Source: Bugula neritina (lineage: Eukaryota; Animalia; Bryozoa). From it: a DNA stretch of 64,000 bases. The position numbers and the translations under genes were made by a program. Under the pieces are notes generated by a model. That model had not been told where the DNA came from and searched no databases. It was given only the letters and a program-made list of their open reading frames with translations. How positions within the stretch are numbered: the first letter of the stretch is position 1; each line of letters starts with the position of its first letter. Positions 51,801-64,000 of the stretch are shown piece by piece. The stretch covers positions 5,251,929 through 5,315,928 of the forward strand of contig OZ037769.1 in assembly GCA_964035545.1 (NCBI GenBank), read 5' to 3'.

Positions 51801-54800
51801 CAAAAGCTGGGTAATAATTCCTCCATATATCTAGGGCAGCTGCAGTGCAAGCTGCCATATTCTTATCTTACAGAAAGCTTTCATTTGCTCTACTTGGACA
51901 ATAATCTATATATCAGGTTTCTCTGCTGTTATCAAGCATATCCTTGTTTATTGCTTTCATTCAATTTGTAATAACTATTAATGATACTTTTTATCTGTTC
52001 AAAAATGTTGCCTTTGAAGTTAAAGTAATCTCAAAATCAATCCTCAATAATAGAAGTTGTTATATGCATATTATGTTGATTGGTTTAAATGCAAACACAA
52101 ATAAAGTATGATTCATAAACTGTTAGGCTTTAGCATAAAAATATAGATAAGAGAAGCAAACTATGACCGTACAGTATTGTAATCATAAACTTTTTGGTTT
52201 GGTAATAGAAGCTTACATTGTTTTATGAGATTTTGTAAAAGGCGTGAAAAGAACTAAGAAAGTTAGATTAAAGTTGCCTTTATACCTTCACGATTTTAGG
52301 TCAGAATTTCAATTTGGCTGGGTTGAAATTTCACCGAGTTGCATTGCATTGTAAAAGCCACTCGTAAAAATTTTTGTACTGTGATAACTTAATCGGCCAA
52401 TTTTTGAATAGGAGTAATAACTCCTTGTAAACATCGTTAGTTAGTTATTACTTTGATGATTAAACAACGTACTTTTACGGTTATTATTATATAGCCTACG
52501 CCTTCTCAATTATCGCTTTTATGTTGTCCGCTTCACTAATTCACAACATTTACAAAAGGCATCAAATAGCTATTATGCGAGTCAAATTTCAATTTCAGAA
52601 AGTGAGCAACCCCATCAATATGATATCAACGAGTTTCAGTTTGACTATAAAAATGGTACCCGGACAAGCATTATTAACTTAAACTCGGTACTTTTTTCAG
52701 CAGAGGTATAAACGCAACTTAGAATGAAGTGTTGTAATTGAAAAGCATCAGATTTTGATGTTTGTTCAAAAATTACTGTAGATAGGTTTTTGCACTGTTA
52801 ATCCCTTAATTTCTTAAAACTAAAATAAATTTGAACTTTCCTGCAGGTAAAGCTTTGCATGAGATCAAGCGTTATTGCAGGTAAAACTTCACTGCTTGTA
52901 AAACTTTTTACTTGTAGCAGCAGCAGACAGCATAACAGGAAATAAGATCACTAAGAAAGGAAGTATAATTGCTAGATATGCTAGAATAGGTGTGGGCATA
53001 GCTGCTTTAATTACAGTAACAGTCGCTGCTGTTCTCATCATAAAAAGAAGAAGGGAGGTGAACTCTAAACAAACTCGGTACAACTCTATAATAAAATGCA
53101 ATTGGGTTATTTTACCTAATTTAGTACACACTGGATATCTTTAGTTTTTTAAGCTATTTTTCACAATTTAACTGCTAATGGACATGGGTTTTTTGGCCAA
53201 TACTAGTAAAACACTAATAAATACACCTAAATAATTGAGGTTCTTTTAGATTTTGCTTCATTTACCATGTTTTTTCCTAATTATTCAGCTACTTTTGGTT
53301 GCGGACCGTTACGGTTTTTCGTAACGGGCCGCACTCCTAATAATCTAAATATATAAGAAAAAACATGGGAAATCAAGCAAAATTAAGAAGAGCCAAAATT
53401 TTTTTGGTGTATTTATTGGTGCTTTATTAGTTTTAGGCAAAAAGCTATGTTCATTACCAGCTAAATTATGAAAAATAGCTTAAAAATGAAGATTTCAGTG
53501 TGTATTAAATTAAGTAAAATGACTAACTTTAAGCTACAATACGTGAATATAGAAATCTTTTTTGTTAATTATAACCAAGAGCTGCCACTCCCTCTCACTC
53601 CTGCCTTTCCATTCAGCTGCATTTGACTTAATCATTTTTACTTCCTTTGTAAGAGCTTCGACTGTTTGGAAAATAATAAGGCAACTTGACAAAACCAACT
53701 AACATTTGTCAATCAAACAAAAGCTTTAGTCTACATATTATACTAATTACATTTGCTCCCTTTGATTTTTTGTATTTTTATAGTTTCAATTGATTTGAAA
53801 TTGCATTATAGTTAGAATATGTCAATTTTTAAAGTTCTTAAAATGAAACATTATAAAATGCAAACGTCTGACTGCTAAAAAAAACTCTGATTAATTTAGA
53901 TCCACTTGCATGCATAGCTTGCACAGTTTTTGTTAATAGATTGTACAATAAATAATATTGTTACTATAACATATGTTTTAAGATAACCTTGTACCCAAGT
54001 ACTATTAGCAACAGTTGTAACTTAAGGGGTGTTAAAGCATAATCACATTACCTATAAACCAAAATTCCATTTGCTATATGAGGCCAAAAATATTGCACTT
54101 TAAAAGATAGTGTGTCTTTGATTCCTTTATTATACATTTTCAAATAATTCTACTCAATAGATAGTTTCAAAAATGACTTTTTGAAGCCTACAAGAACCTA
54201 TTCAACAGAAGGGATGATTGCAAATTAGCTATTAATTATTATTTCATTATACTGTAAAATATGCTATGAATCATCATCAATAATCTGGATATAAAGGTGG
54301 AGCTAGCTGTTAACATCTGGTGTCCATAAAATTTCTTTGTTTTTTAGAATTAAGACAACGATGCCTTCTGTACGTGAACATGCTTCACCCAGTTTTGCTG
54401 GCAGCTACACTGAAGTTTGCCAACTTCATCGAGGATTTAGAAGTTTTGGCATCAGTGGTGACGCTGACTGTCTCAGTAAAAGAGACGGTACTACTGGTGA
54501 ACATGGTGAGTTATGAGTGAGGTGGCACGACATTGGTTAACTATACATAACCAACTGCTGCAATTTTGTTTCCTATTCAGTTTAAATGCAAGTTTTTGCT
54601 CCTAATGAATTAATATAATGTTGCTTTTTCTATATATTCAATAGTTAATATATATATTATTTATTTTATATAAAGTAGATACAGCAGAAGTTTATCAACA
54701 AGCACTGACTTCTACTGATGACACTCATGTCTATACTCATTTGGAGTTGCAATCCCATGAATCATCAGCCCTTTTAAATGCAGCAAGAAACGAGCAAGAA

Positions 54801-54983
54801 TATGAAGAAATTGCGGTAAAAGCAGAGGGCTATGTTAACCATGCTGCTGTATTTCCAGCTCTCACTTCAAGTCCATCAGGAGACTATGAATTAGTTGCAG
54901 GTCAGCTGTATGAACAACCAACAGGGGAGCACAACTCTACTTATGTTAATAGCAGTGCAACCAATGTCTACTGCAATATGTGA
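42831..54983 (+). CDS. Type I membrane protein A: signal peptide, 2 sushi/CCP domains, TM, tyrosine-rich cytoplasmic tail
   Basis: Exons 42831-42891 (MLILYIVVLILSILNQQVKT), 43009-43242 (C..FTCNSTDYTLIGDSQAICSADGVW..PSC), 51423-51656 (C..FSCDTSKFLLVGDIQAVCTSEGKWS..PQC), 52918-53077 (TM IGVGIAALITVTVAAVLII-KRRR), 54348-54505, and 54676 or 54679 to 54983. Phases are consistent and there is a paralogue downstream. Confidence 0.85.
43778..44054 (-). repeat. 3' LTR of G3
   Basis: TGT...ACA ends; matches 50938-51214; adjacent to a G-rich PPT on the minus strand. Confidence 0.97.
44430..45580 (-). CDS. G3 accessory ORF3: C2H2 zinc fingers, Pro/basic region, coiled coil (277 aa if spliced 45580-45556 + 45238-44430; 364 aa unspliced from 45524)
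   Basis: CRLCQQHFSTHRRLRVHVPQH, CPCGEFSYHRDYILRHQRTLECH, PRKRRSPSP and LKEVELRIYDLEAEVQRL..LKTLKASVALL. A homologous remnant is in G2 at 27366-28380. Confidence 0.8.
45611..50885 (-). pseudogene. G3 gag-pol polyprotein, disrupted
   Basis: Probable ATG at 50885 after the PBS; protease FLLDSG; RT (WRFCVDYRKLN, YPLP, LPFGL) with YLDD deleted; RNase H (DTDAS, TDH); integrase (H..H..C..C, DLVEP, HSDQG, VERNN). Stops at 49599, 49320 and 46752, and apparent homopolymer frameshifts near 46055 and 45893. Ends FSYADAVKSRRAF* at 45611. Confidence 0.9.
50919..50936 (-). other. tRNA-Leu primer-binding site of G3
   Basis: TGGTGGCAGCGGTGGGAT, 1 nt inside the 5' LTR. Confidence 0.92.
50938..51214 (-). repeat. 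5' LTR of G3
   Basis: Matches 43778-44054 and is followed by the PBS on the minus strand. Confidence 0.97.
52272..52719. mobile_element. MITE, PIF/Harbinger-like, copy 2 (inverted relative to 19310-19754)
   Basis: TIR agttgcctttatacc / ggtataaacgcaact, flanked by TAA/TAG. Absent from the paralogous intron of receptor B. Confidence 0.85.
53104..53526. mobile_element. Palindromic foldback MITE
   Basis: ~200-bp imperfect inverted arms centred on gcggaccgttacgg-tttt-tcgtaacgggccgc (53301-53332). Not in the paralogous intron of receptor B. Confidence 0.75.
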
Positions 54984-56502
54984 AACATTTACAAGCACCC
55001 GTTTAATACCATAGACAAAATTTATTCAAAAACGCCAATCAATATGGTAAACTAGCACAATACTTTTTATTGAACCCTAACGACCTGGTGTCTAACAACT
55101 GTCAGCTGACAGCATTGGCTAACAAAACTATTGCATCTATTGTTGTAGACATGTTATTTACAAAGATAGAATTTTAAATTTTATCGGCTATGTAACACTT
55201 TTAAATTATATCCATTTTGATAATTTTTAAATATATCTAGTTTTTACAATGTGTTACAATTATTTGCCTGCATCAAAGACGAATTATTTGAAGCTTTCAC
55301 TGAGCTGATAACTTTTTTTCTGAACCAACAGGTCTGGGTGTCAAAAAAATACAAACTTCTTAATATATACTCTGATTACAAGTTTTAATGACGCGTTATT
55401 GTGAAAACGTATATTGTGTTTTTATTGTGGCATTGTTTATTATAATTCATTGTAAATCACATTACAATCGCACATTCCTATGAATCGATGCCTATAAGCA
55501 AATTAGTTCAATTTATATAATTGATAGGTTATCTAAATACTTTAATTGTGTTCAAATTCAAACTCAAAACAGGGTCTCTTTTGCATTAAATAAGATGTGA
55601 TATTTGTTTAGTAGTTGGAGTTACCTTCTACTAAAAATGTTTCTGTAATGCAGAGTGCTGGTTTAATCTAATTAACAGATATATACCCTATAGACAGCAA
55701 TAGCGCAGGGCAAGTTTTGATTCAATAAAATGCACTTTGTTGTCGCAGTTTAAATTGTATAATGTTTTGTATGTAATACAGTTCTTTGAAATTGAGCTTT
55801 TAGTTTGTTAACCTCTTAACAAATATTGAATGTTAAAATGTGGAAACTATGCATGCTAATATAATATTTCTAAATTAAGTATTCATTTTTCCAATGAGTA
55901 TTTAAATTGAAATATCGTTAGATTTTCAGGTTATTGTTTATAATTCCTTGCCAGTAAATGCAACAAATATTGTACAGCTTTTACTAGACTAATGATTTTT
56001 TTCTTACCATTCATCTCTCTTCACTACTGAACAGCAAACTCAGTTACAGCACTTTCGGATTCTCTATGCGCAGGGGCAACTGTTGGCCCTACTCAATGAC
56101 CATTCAGTAACCACCAAGCCTAAGGAATATAAAAGCTTTTACTAAAATATAAATTTTAAATACATGCACATTATTCTTAAAACATACTATTGTTTCATTA
56201 TAATGGAATTGTTTAATGCAATGCAAAACAATTTCACCATCTTTTCACAATGCTAGAGCACATCAGTTCAATATGTATTCAACTGTGGAAATACCCACTA
56301 TAACACAGCCTGCGCAGTGATAACATAAAGAGAGCTGGTTATTCTCACTCTAACTTGTTATCATTAAAGGAATTTTATAGTTTGTGTTCTTTCAATTTGT
56401 TTTATTGTGCAACTCACTCTATTACTTGTTAGTCAATGAGGAAGTTCAAAAGGCAACGAAGGAAAAAGCTTACATGTATATGATTGTTTAGGCACGCAGA
56501 GC

Positions 56503-56503
<1 letters not shown>

Positions 56504-56534
<31 letters not shown>

Positions 56535-56535
56535 A
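56504..56535. repeat. (AGT)n microsatellite
   Basis: Trinucleotide run; not expanded at the paralogous site ~42600. Confidence 0.9.
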
Positions 56536-56742
56536 TAGCAGTATTGAGTTGACAGGTCTTATAATAATATGTTACTTCAAAATGAAACTTTCAAATTATA
56601 TAAAACAATCTACTGTGATATAAACTAGTAGATAGTTTGTAATCATCTCAGTGTTAGCTCTGTTAGCTGTTAACTCATGGAGAATGTTCATTTATATATT
56701 AACTCTATAACATCTACTTTCCATAAAGCTTTGGTCCAAAAT

Positions 56743-59700
56743 ATGACAACTTTCTACATCATAGCTGCAATACTCTGCATATTGAATCAGCAGGTAAAAA
56801 CTGGTGAGTTTATTTATGATAAATTGTGTATCAAATAAAATGTGTGTACTTTTTGTCAATTGATTGTCTTATTTCAAGTTTCAAGAAAAATTTCTTAACT
56901 TACATTCAGTTAGAACATTCGAAATTTCATAAAAGTCCTAATGAAAATTATATATTACTAAATTTGAATTTATTATAAAAGTTTGTTAGCCTAAAAGTCT
57001 TGGAAGCATTTTATTTATTTAAAATTTTTTTTAATTTTTTATGTTTCTGAAAAGTATTTCAGCAGAAGTGTTTTTATTTTATTATTATTGTAGGCCTACT
57101 GATTTGTTCGTCTTGAAATTTTACTGTGATATTTTATCATTTACTTTGAAAAGCTGTTGTTGATTTCCATAAACTAACTAGTCTATTACTCACATTATAG
57201 TTATAACCCTTCTCTTTAGGTGAACCAAAAACAGAATTTCAGTGTTTGAAGCTTGAAACACTACCTGTTAACCTCAATGGGTCAACAGGGTCAGTCGTGT
57301 CACCTTGTTACCCAAACTCATATACTAGCTGTAATATCAGAGTGCAATACTGCTGTGTCAGGTTTCCAAATCTGACTGAAGGCCAATGGTTAGGATTATA
57401 TAATAGTGATACATATTCATCTATATATGCTGGAGATAGACTGGCGATTAACAACGTTTCAACTGAGGGTGAACACTTCATTGAAAAAGAAGTAACATTC
57501 ACATCTTTGAAGGATGATCAGTTTATCCAGAACTATGGCTACAGTGGAATTGGTCCGGCGTTGTACTTTAGGAATAACTTCACCTACACCTCACAATCTG
57601 ATCATAAATTTCGTCTATCATTTAAATGTAAGGGTTATAGCTATATGTAGTTTGTCGTGACTTGCAAATAATTTTCAATGAACTATACTTCAGGTTCTAA
57701 AAAGCATATATCCTAATATTATAATTGCTTCAAGTTTTAACTTTTACGTTTACAGATAAAAGTAATATTTATCTGCATATAGTATGAATTTCTCAGTAAT
57801 TACGTTACATAAAAACTATTACATATGATATTCATTAAACAAGTTAGAAAGTCTTTACAACTAACTCAGTACTTTAGTTTACTTAAATTGCATTCAAAAA
57901 ATTTTTCATAAAAATTAGCCTTGGAATTTGTTTCATAATATGTTAATATTATGTGCCTATTATATTGGTAAATCAGCACAACTTCTAGTGTACAGTAACA
58001 GTTCTAAAAGCAAACGTTTTGGGTTTTATTTAATTTTTTTTAAGCCAAACTCTTGAAATGGATTTGTTTTGTTTGTGGGCGTTTTGTAACAGCAATAATT
58101 TGTAAGTTGTACGATAAGAATGTTGTACTTTGTCTAGACTTTATTTATGTAGATATGCTGAAGTTATAAGGTTAATGATGATTATAACTCAGAATATTTA
58201 TGTGTTGTGTGCTAATATATAGTTTATGTAGTGACTGCAACCTATATATAGCTAGTAAATGTATACTAGGCAGCCAGTAAGGCGTAAAATCGTTTGTTTA
58301 GCATTTTTATTGTTCTTTATCTTTTTTAAATGAATTTAATTTAGTTAATTTTTATGCTACAACTTAAAATATGACTATTACACAAGCTTGCTCTTCGTAT
58401 AGTAGATTTATGCTTAGAGAATATTTTGTTCATCAGGATTAAACACACCTATAATGCATAGTTATACTGTATCATGTTTTCTTTAAACAAACTCATTCTC
58501 TTTATTGTAGATGCTTACTATCTTCAAGGACAAACCATCACCTCATCTACTGACTCTAAGGGATACATTGTGAGCCACAGAGACTTTGATTATGGTACAT
58601 CTTCTGCAAGTAGTTATTCTAGTAGCACTGTCAGCAGCTTGTTTAAAGTAACTGGAATAAAACCCACTGATAGTGTGCAGATAAAGTTTCTATTTTTCAA
58701 AATAAAATATCGCCTAGTATGGTTTGATGATTACTTGACTATCGGTGGAGTTCAAGGTTTCCCAAATAATGAGCGATACTTTTACGGTGGAAATGACTAT
58801 ACAAACAGTGACATTGAGTTATTGAAGCCAGTAGGCTCTGAGATAACCTTCCAGTTTAGAGCAAGAAATAGATGGTACACCTTTGATGATGACGCAGCAG
58901 GGTTTATTTTTGAGTATGAAAGTAAGTTCATCTAATTTACGATTCCTTAGAATTAAGTAGGAAAGATGATGCCGTTCTTATCACTAACAGCCTAGCAGTT
59001 TAAATAAATAAGTTGCATTCTCCTTTTAAAATAACTATTGCTTACAATTGACCATTTTAATTGCAATATTCAGAATTATCTTTCTAATTTAATTTTGACC
59101 TCTACCATTAAAATTGTACTTTAATATAATTGCTACTTTTATGTTATATAACAATTAAACTGCATATTTATTTTTCGATGTAATAACTAATCAAGTTTAA
59201 TTTGTAGCCAATTAACATAACATAAAATTCAAACATATTATTGCGTTTATTGATGGGGCTCATATCCTCACCCATCCTTATCTATCTCCACTCTATGCTA
59301 TCATTTATAAAAAGCCCACGCTAGTTTATAGTCACCATCCCTGTGAAAAGCCTTTGACGGAAAGGGTTTTTTGTTAAGTCGGGCTAAGGGTTTATTTAAA
59401 TGGGGCACAGGAGCAATTTTGGCTATAGATGCTTTTTTTAACATCACCATTGGCCTTTGGCGTGACTTGAATCCATGACTTTGTCTTTACTAGGTAAACA
59501 CTCTAAACCTCATAGAACATGGGTGCTCCCTATGTTATCATTTATGTTATATAAAAATTAAACTGTTATGTTATTTATGTATAAATAACTAGCCAAATCT
59601 AGTTTCCAGCCCAATAACAGAAATTAAAATGTGAAAATATCATTACTTTTATTAATGGGGCACCAATATTGTTCTCTAAAAAAGGTGAAGATATAAGAGC

Positions 59701-62700
59701 AGAGACAATTTTGAGTATTCGCTGTCAACAACCAGTATGCTCAATAATTAATTTATTTGTACATCATCATATACAAGTTTTTGTATTTCAGTAGTTACAG
59801 ACAGCTGTCCACCAACCGTTGAGAATGCTCAAGTAGTTTTATTCTCAACTCCAGCATTAAGTGGAAGTAAGAGCTACACAATCAAGTGTAATAAAGGATT
59901 TAGAACTATAGAGAACTCTACTGAACAGATTTATATCTGTGGAAGTCAGAAGACCTGGTTACCCTGTATTGGTATGACATCATGTGTTAATAGCAACTAT
60001 GTTTCAGATAGAATGTTATTACATTAATTCCGCTCTGCTCAAAAATTGAGGTATCTGTGAGAACCTTTGATGAATGCTGCTTTTAGCCAGTCTAAGAACT
60101 TGTTTCCACTGTGGTACAGTAGAAATTATGACAAGATATCACCAATAGCCTTAGGAAAATTTAAACCTACGTCCTTGTGTTTACTAGGACAGCAATCTAA
60201 CCACTGGGTGTTAGCTGTTTTTATTGCATATTATTCTTTGAATCAGAAGAATTTGAGCAAATGTTTTACAACTCAACTGACTGTATTATAATTTGTGTTG
60301 TCTGAGTTAAATCTGCTTAAACTTGACAAGATTATCAATTAAATCGTTGTAGAAATAGAGTGTAGACAACTTCCAATATCTCTGAGAAACATCCCATACT
60401 TGAATATCTCACTAGATTCACCTGGTATTCAAGTCATAAATTCAACCTTGACCTTCACATGTAACTCTACTGACTACACTCTAGTAGGTGATAGCCAAGC
60501 TATTTGCTCAGCAGATGGTGTTTGGGTAGTGGAGAAAACTCCCAGCTGCCAGCTAAACAGTAGTACAACTACTGCAATTTCTACAGGTTAGTATATCGTC
60601 TCTCAAAAGGAAGTAGTTTGATTCATTGACAGGAGGCACTTTTTTAGCACACATGTCATGCATTGTGCTAAATATGTAATTCAAATATTAAAGTCATCGG
60701 TGATGATAAGACATGACTTCTGTCAAAACTTTCTTTACATATTTGAATTTAAGTTCATACGCTATATAAGTTTTCATAAGCTTATACCATATTTTAAAGC
60801 CAAAACTAGAATCAAGTTCATGTTATACAGCATCTATTAATTTATTTTTATACACAGTGCCGGCTGGAGTTAATTTTATAAGGTTGTCTGTCAGTATTTT
60901 ATAAAGTTTTAATAATTATGCAAAAGCAAACTAATTATGCTTTAAAATTGAAAAACTAAAATTACTAATTGCAGTTACCAGATGTGAAAACATGGCAGAC
61001 TTGAAACAAGACCCAAACTTGATTATATCTACGCCATCTGGTGGTGAGCCTACAGTGGGAAGTGTTATCTCCTTCTCATGTGACACGAGTAAGTTCTTGT
61101 TAGTTGGTGATATACAAGCCGTGTGTTCCTCAGAAGGAGAATGGAGTGTCAGCAATGCTCCTCAGTGTCTTCCTTTACCAAATTCTACAAACTCTGTTAC
61201 AGTCTCAGGTGAGTAGTTCAGTGCGTATAATAGAAGCTCCTAATTCTCAGACACATGCTGTTCAAAATTTCTTTTCATTTAACTTTATGTGTATCTCAAA
61301 ATCAATTATTCCTGTAAAAATATGATGCTTTCATGCAGATTGGCTGGAAATCAAAACACCAACAGAGTTTTCATACTCTATTATAGCATGAAAATATTAT
61401 TAACAAAAAAAACACCGCACGATACTCAAAACTATACAGCCATATTATGACTGTGCGTTATTGTAACTATAGGTTTACCTCCTTTATGACAATAGCAGCT
61501 ACTTTATTTTAGGACATGCTGCAAAATGTTTGAAGAGTGTTAACAAATGTTATTTTTTAAAGTAGAAAGTTTAATCAAAACTTACTGTAACAGATAGGTT
61601 TTTATACCTTCACTCTGCTTGACACTCAACCTTAAAATAAGTTTCAACTTGACTGCAGGTAAAACCCTGTTACAGATCAAGTCTTACTGCAGGTAAAACT
61701 TTACTGCTCATTGTTTTTACTTGTAGCAGCAGCAGACAGCATAACAGGAAGTACGATAACTAAGAAAATAAATGGAACTGCTACATATGCTGGAATTGGG
61801 GCAAGCATAGCTGTTTTAATCATCGTGATAGTAGCCATTGTTCTCATCATAAGAAGAAGAAGGAAGGCTAATTCCAAACAAACTGGGTAAGACTATTTAA
61901 TAAAATGTTTGAATTAAAATATACAATTATAGCAACTTCAATTGCTCATATTAACTGCCCCCTCCCATTATTTTTCTATTTAACCATGCTTACTTCTCTT
62001 GTATCATGGCTCTTGACTGCTTGCAGCATGATTTCAGTCAGCCTAATAAAACACAATACAACTTGTTTAATCAACTAGAATCTAAACATGCAACTGCATA
62101 TAAAATTTAATTGTTAATTGTTGTATTCCAATCATAGTGTAGATTGGTTTGAAATTATGCCAGATTTAGCAGATCTATTTTTGGGCTCATTAAAATATAA
62201 CATAATTTATGAGGGTGGTATTTCACGCCCCCAAGCTTTGTTTGGTTCATGGACACTTATATAATACTTCAATAAATTTGGTGACTAATAAGATTTGGCA
62301 ATAACTGTAGTATTGCTACAATTGAACTTTAACATATATTTTACCATGACAGTATTAATTATAGCAACAGTTTCAATTATGAATGTGCTTTAATACGTAT
62401 TATTAAATGTGAGGAATTTTGTATAAGACCAAAAATATACTGGACTTTAAAGTATGACACATTTTTGATTGAAAAGTGCACTTCAACTTAAATAATGTAA
62501 ATAATGCCAACTTAAATAGTTTGATAATTGAATTCTCACACATTACAGCTTACATTAAATTATTCATAATAAAAATAAATACTTGTATATTATTGCGCAT
62601 GATTGTATATTTATATTACTAGCTACAACTAGCTGTTGCATTATGCTAAAACTTGGCTATGTAAGAGTTTGAGCTGTTGCTATTTGGTGACCATATAAGT

Positions 62701-63715
62701 TCTATATCTTTTAGGGAGACAGCAGTGCCTTCTGTACTTGAAAAAGCTTCACCTATTCCTGCTGATGTCTACTCCGAAGTTTACCAACTTCAAGGAGAGT
62801 GTGGGGGTTCTGGCAGCAGTGGTAACGCTGACTGTCTCAGTAGGAGAGATGGTGCTAGTGATGAACATGGTGAGTTATGGGTGAACTGACATTCTATAAA
62901 TAAACATGTTTCAAAAATAAAATTCAAAAAGAGAGAAAGACAATGGTAGAATATATTCCTAGGTAAACTTTTGGTCTAATCAATCATTTAAACATCATCA
63001 GGAGTAAAATTTTTGAGAAGCACATGCAGTAAAAGCTAATGATACGAACTGAATAGCTTCAAAAGAAACCGAAGCTTCTATTGCTTTAAAAGTTTGATAT
63101 TCTTAGTGCACAAAGTTGTAAATATTTTTTTATGATGAGTTCTTAAATTTATGTGATAATGTTTAATAAATAGCTGTGCTGCCCAACATGTGTATTATAT
63201 TATTTTTTCTGACTTCTATGGCTCTATACTATTGCCTATGGCTTTATTACATTCAAAGCCCAAGCACCAAAGTGTATATATATTTTTTTCTGATTCTGTT
63301 TTTATTGAAAAAAAAAATTTTTTATTTGAAAGTTTACCTCATGTCATCTTATAACCGAAATCAATGCATTTGGAACTCGAAATTAATGCATTTGGAACTC
63401 GAAATCAATGCATTTGGAACTCGTAATTAAGAGCACAGCAATATATATATATCAACTATAGTGCATCTGTTCAGAAATTTTTCTAAAATTTTCAAATAGC
63501 ACAGTTTCCAACTTGCATTAGGCTATAGATTAAAAATTTTATTTAACATATTCAATGACTAATAATCTTCTTCTACTTCAACAGCTGTGTACATCCTGGC
63601 AGAAGATATAGATGATATGACTCATCAAAGGTCTGACTCATCAAAAGTTATCTATAGTCTGGCTGACTCACATGACAATCAGAATTATGCCAACTCTTCT
63701 GCCATTCAGAGGTAA
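56743..63715 (+). CDS. Type I membrane protein B: signal peptide, 2 CUB-like domains, 3 sushi/CCP domains, TM, Tyr-containing tail
   Basis: Exons 56743-56803 (in-frame upstream ATG at 56677), 57220-57627 (C..LNGSTGSVVSPCYPNSY..C..FRLSF), 58511-58921 (GYIVSH..IKFLFFKI..DYLTI..ITFQFRA..GFIFEY), 59792-59971 (CCP), 60353-60586, 60975-61208, 61727-61886 (TM), 62715-62869 and 63585-63715. The last exon ends at a stop, or splices at 63712 to an exon beyond the window. Confidence 0.82.
63356..63430. repeat. 22-bp tandem repeat, about 3.4 copies
   Basis: Unit cgaaatYaatgcatttggaact, intronic. Confidence 0.9.
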
Positions 63716-64000
63716 AACTAAACTCCTTATTTCCTTGATACATCGAATAGCACATTGCTTTATATTGCTATATAGCTATATTATATTGTATATAATGCAC
63801 AGTATAAATACTACTGCTACTTCTTATAGCTTTACATATCTTGATGGAACATTTCACTGCAGGATACACAATTTTTTCTATCAAAACTGTGAAAGTAGTT
63901 AAATATGTTAACCTTCTTTCATTCTTGGCTAAAAGAACATTATATGGCAGCAGCTGCATTAAAATTAATTAATAATCATTCAAACTCACTTTTACAAACT

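Noticed and set aside
59440-60220. tRNA-like minus-strand segments at ~59455-59525 and ~60150-60215
   Set aside because: The A/B boxes are decayed and there is no cloverleaf; at most these are tRNA-derived SINE remnants.
63356-63430. CRISPR-like array
   Set aside because: The 22-mers are head-to-tail with no spacers and sit in a eukaryotic intron.
62760-63670. Canonical ITIM/ITAM motifs in the receptor tails
   Set aside because: DVYSEV, AVYILA and VIYSLA do not fit [ILVS]xYxx[LV], and no YxxL/I-x6-8-YxxL/I pair exists in either tail.

Overview
AT-rich eukaryotic (animal, probably invertebrate) genomic DNA with GT-AG introns. No prokaryotic features, CRISPR arrays or rRNA. Two tandem gene arrays lie on the + strand. 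The first is three polypeptide N-acetylgalactosaminyltransferase (GALNT, GT27) paralogues: copy 1 is cut by the window start and ends at 9392; copy 2 (14280-30857) is intact; copy 3 (35568-41438) has a 1-nt frameshift just before its DxH motif. The second is two single-pass sushi/CCP receptors: A (42831-54983) has a 9-tyrosine docking tail; B (56743 to at least 63715) has extra CUB-like/CUB-like/CCP exons and a different tail. Introns hold three related tRNA-Leu-primed Ty3/Gypsy elements, a Penelope-like element with an inverted terminal copy and hammerhead ribozyme motifs, several MITEs/foldbacks and microsatellites. The most novel-looking signal is in the Gypsy family. Right after pol, in the env position, it carries an accessory gene whose ATG, splice donor and branch/acceptor are conserved in two diverged copies. 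It encodes a C2H2 zinc-finger / basic Pro-rich / coiled-coil protein rather than an envelope protein. All comparisons were made by eye and no database searches were run.
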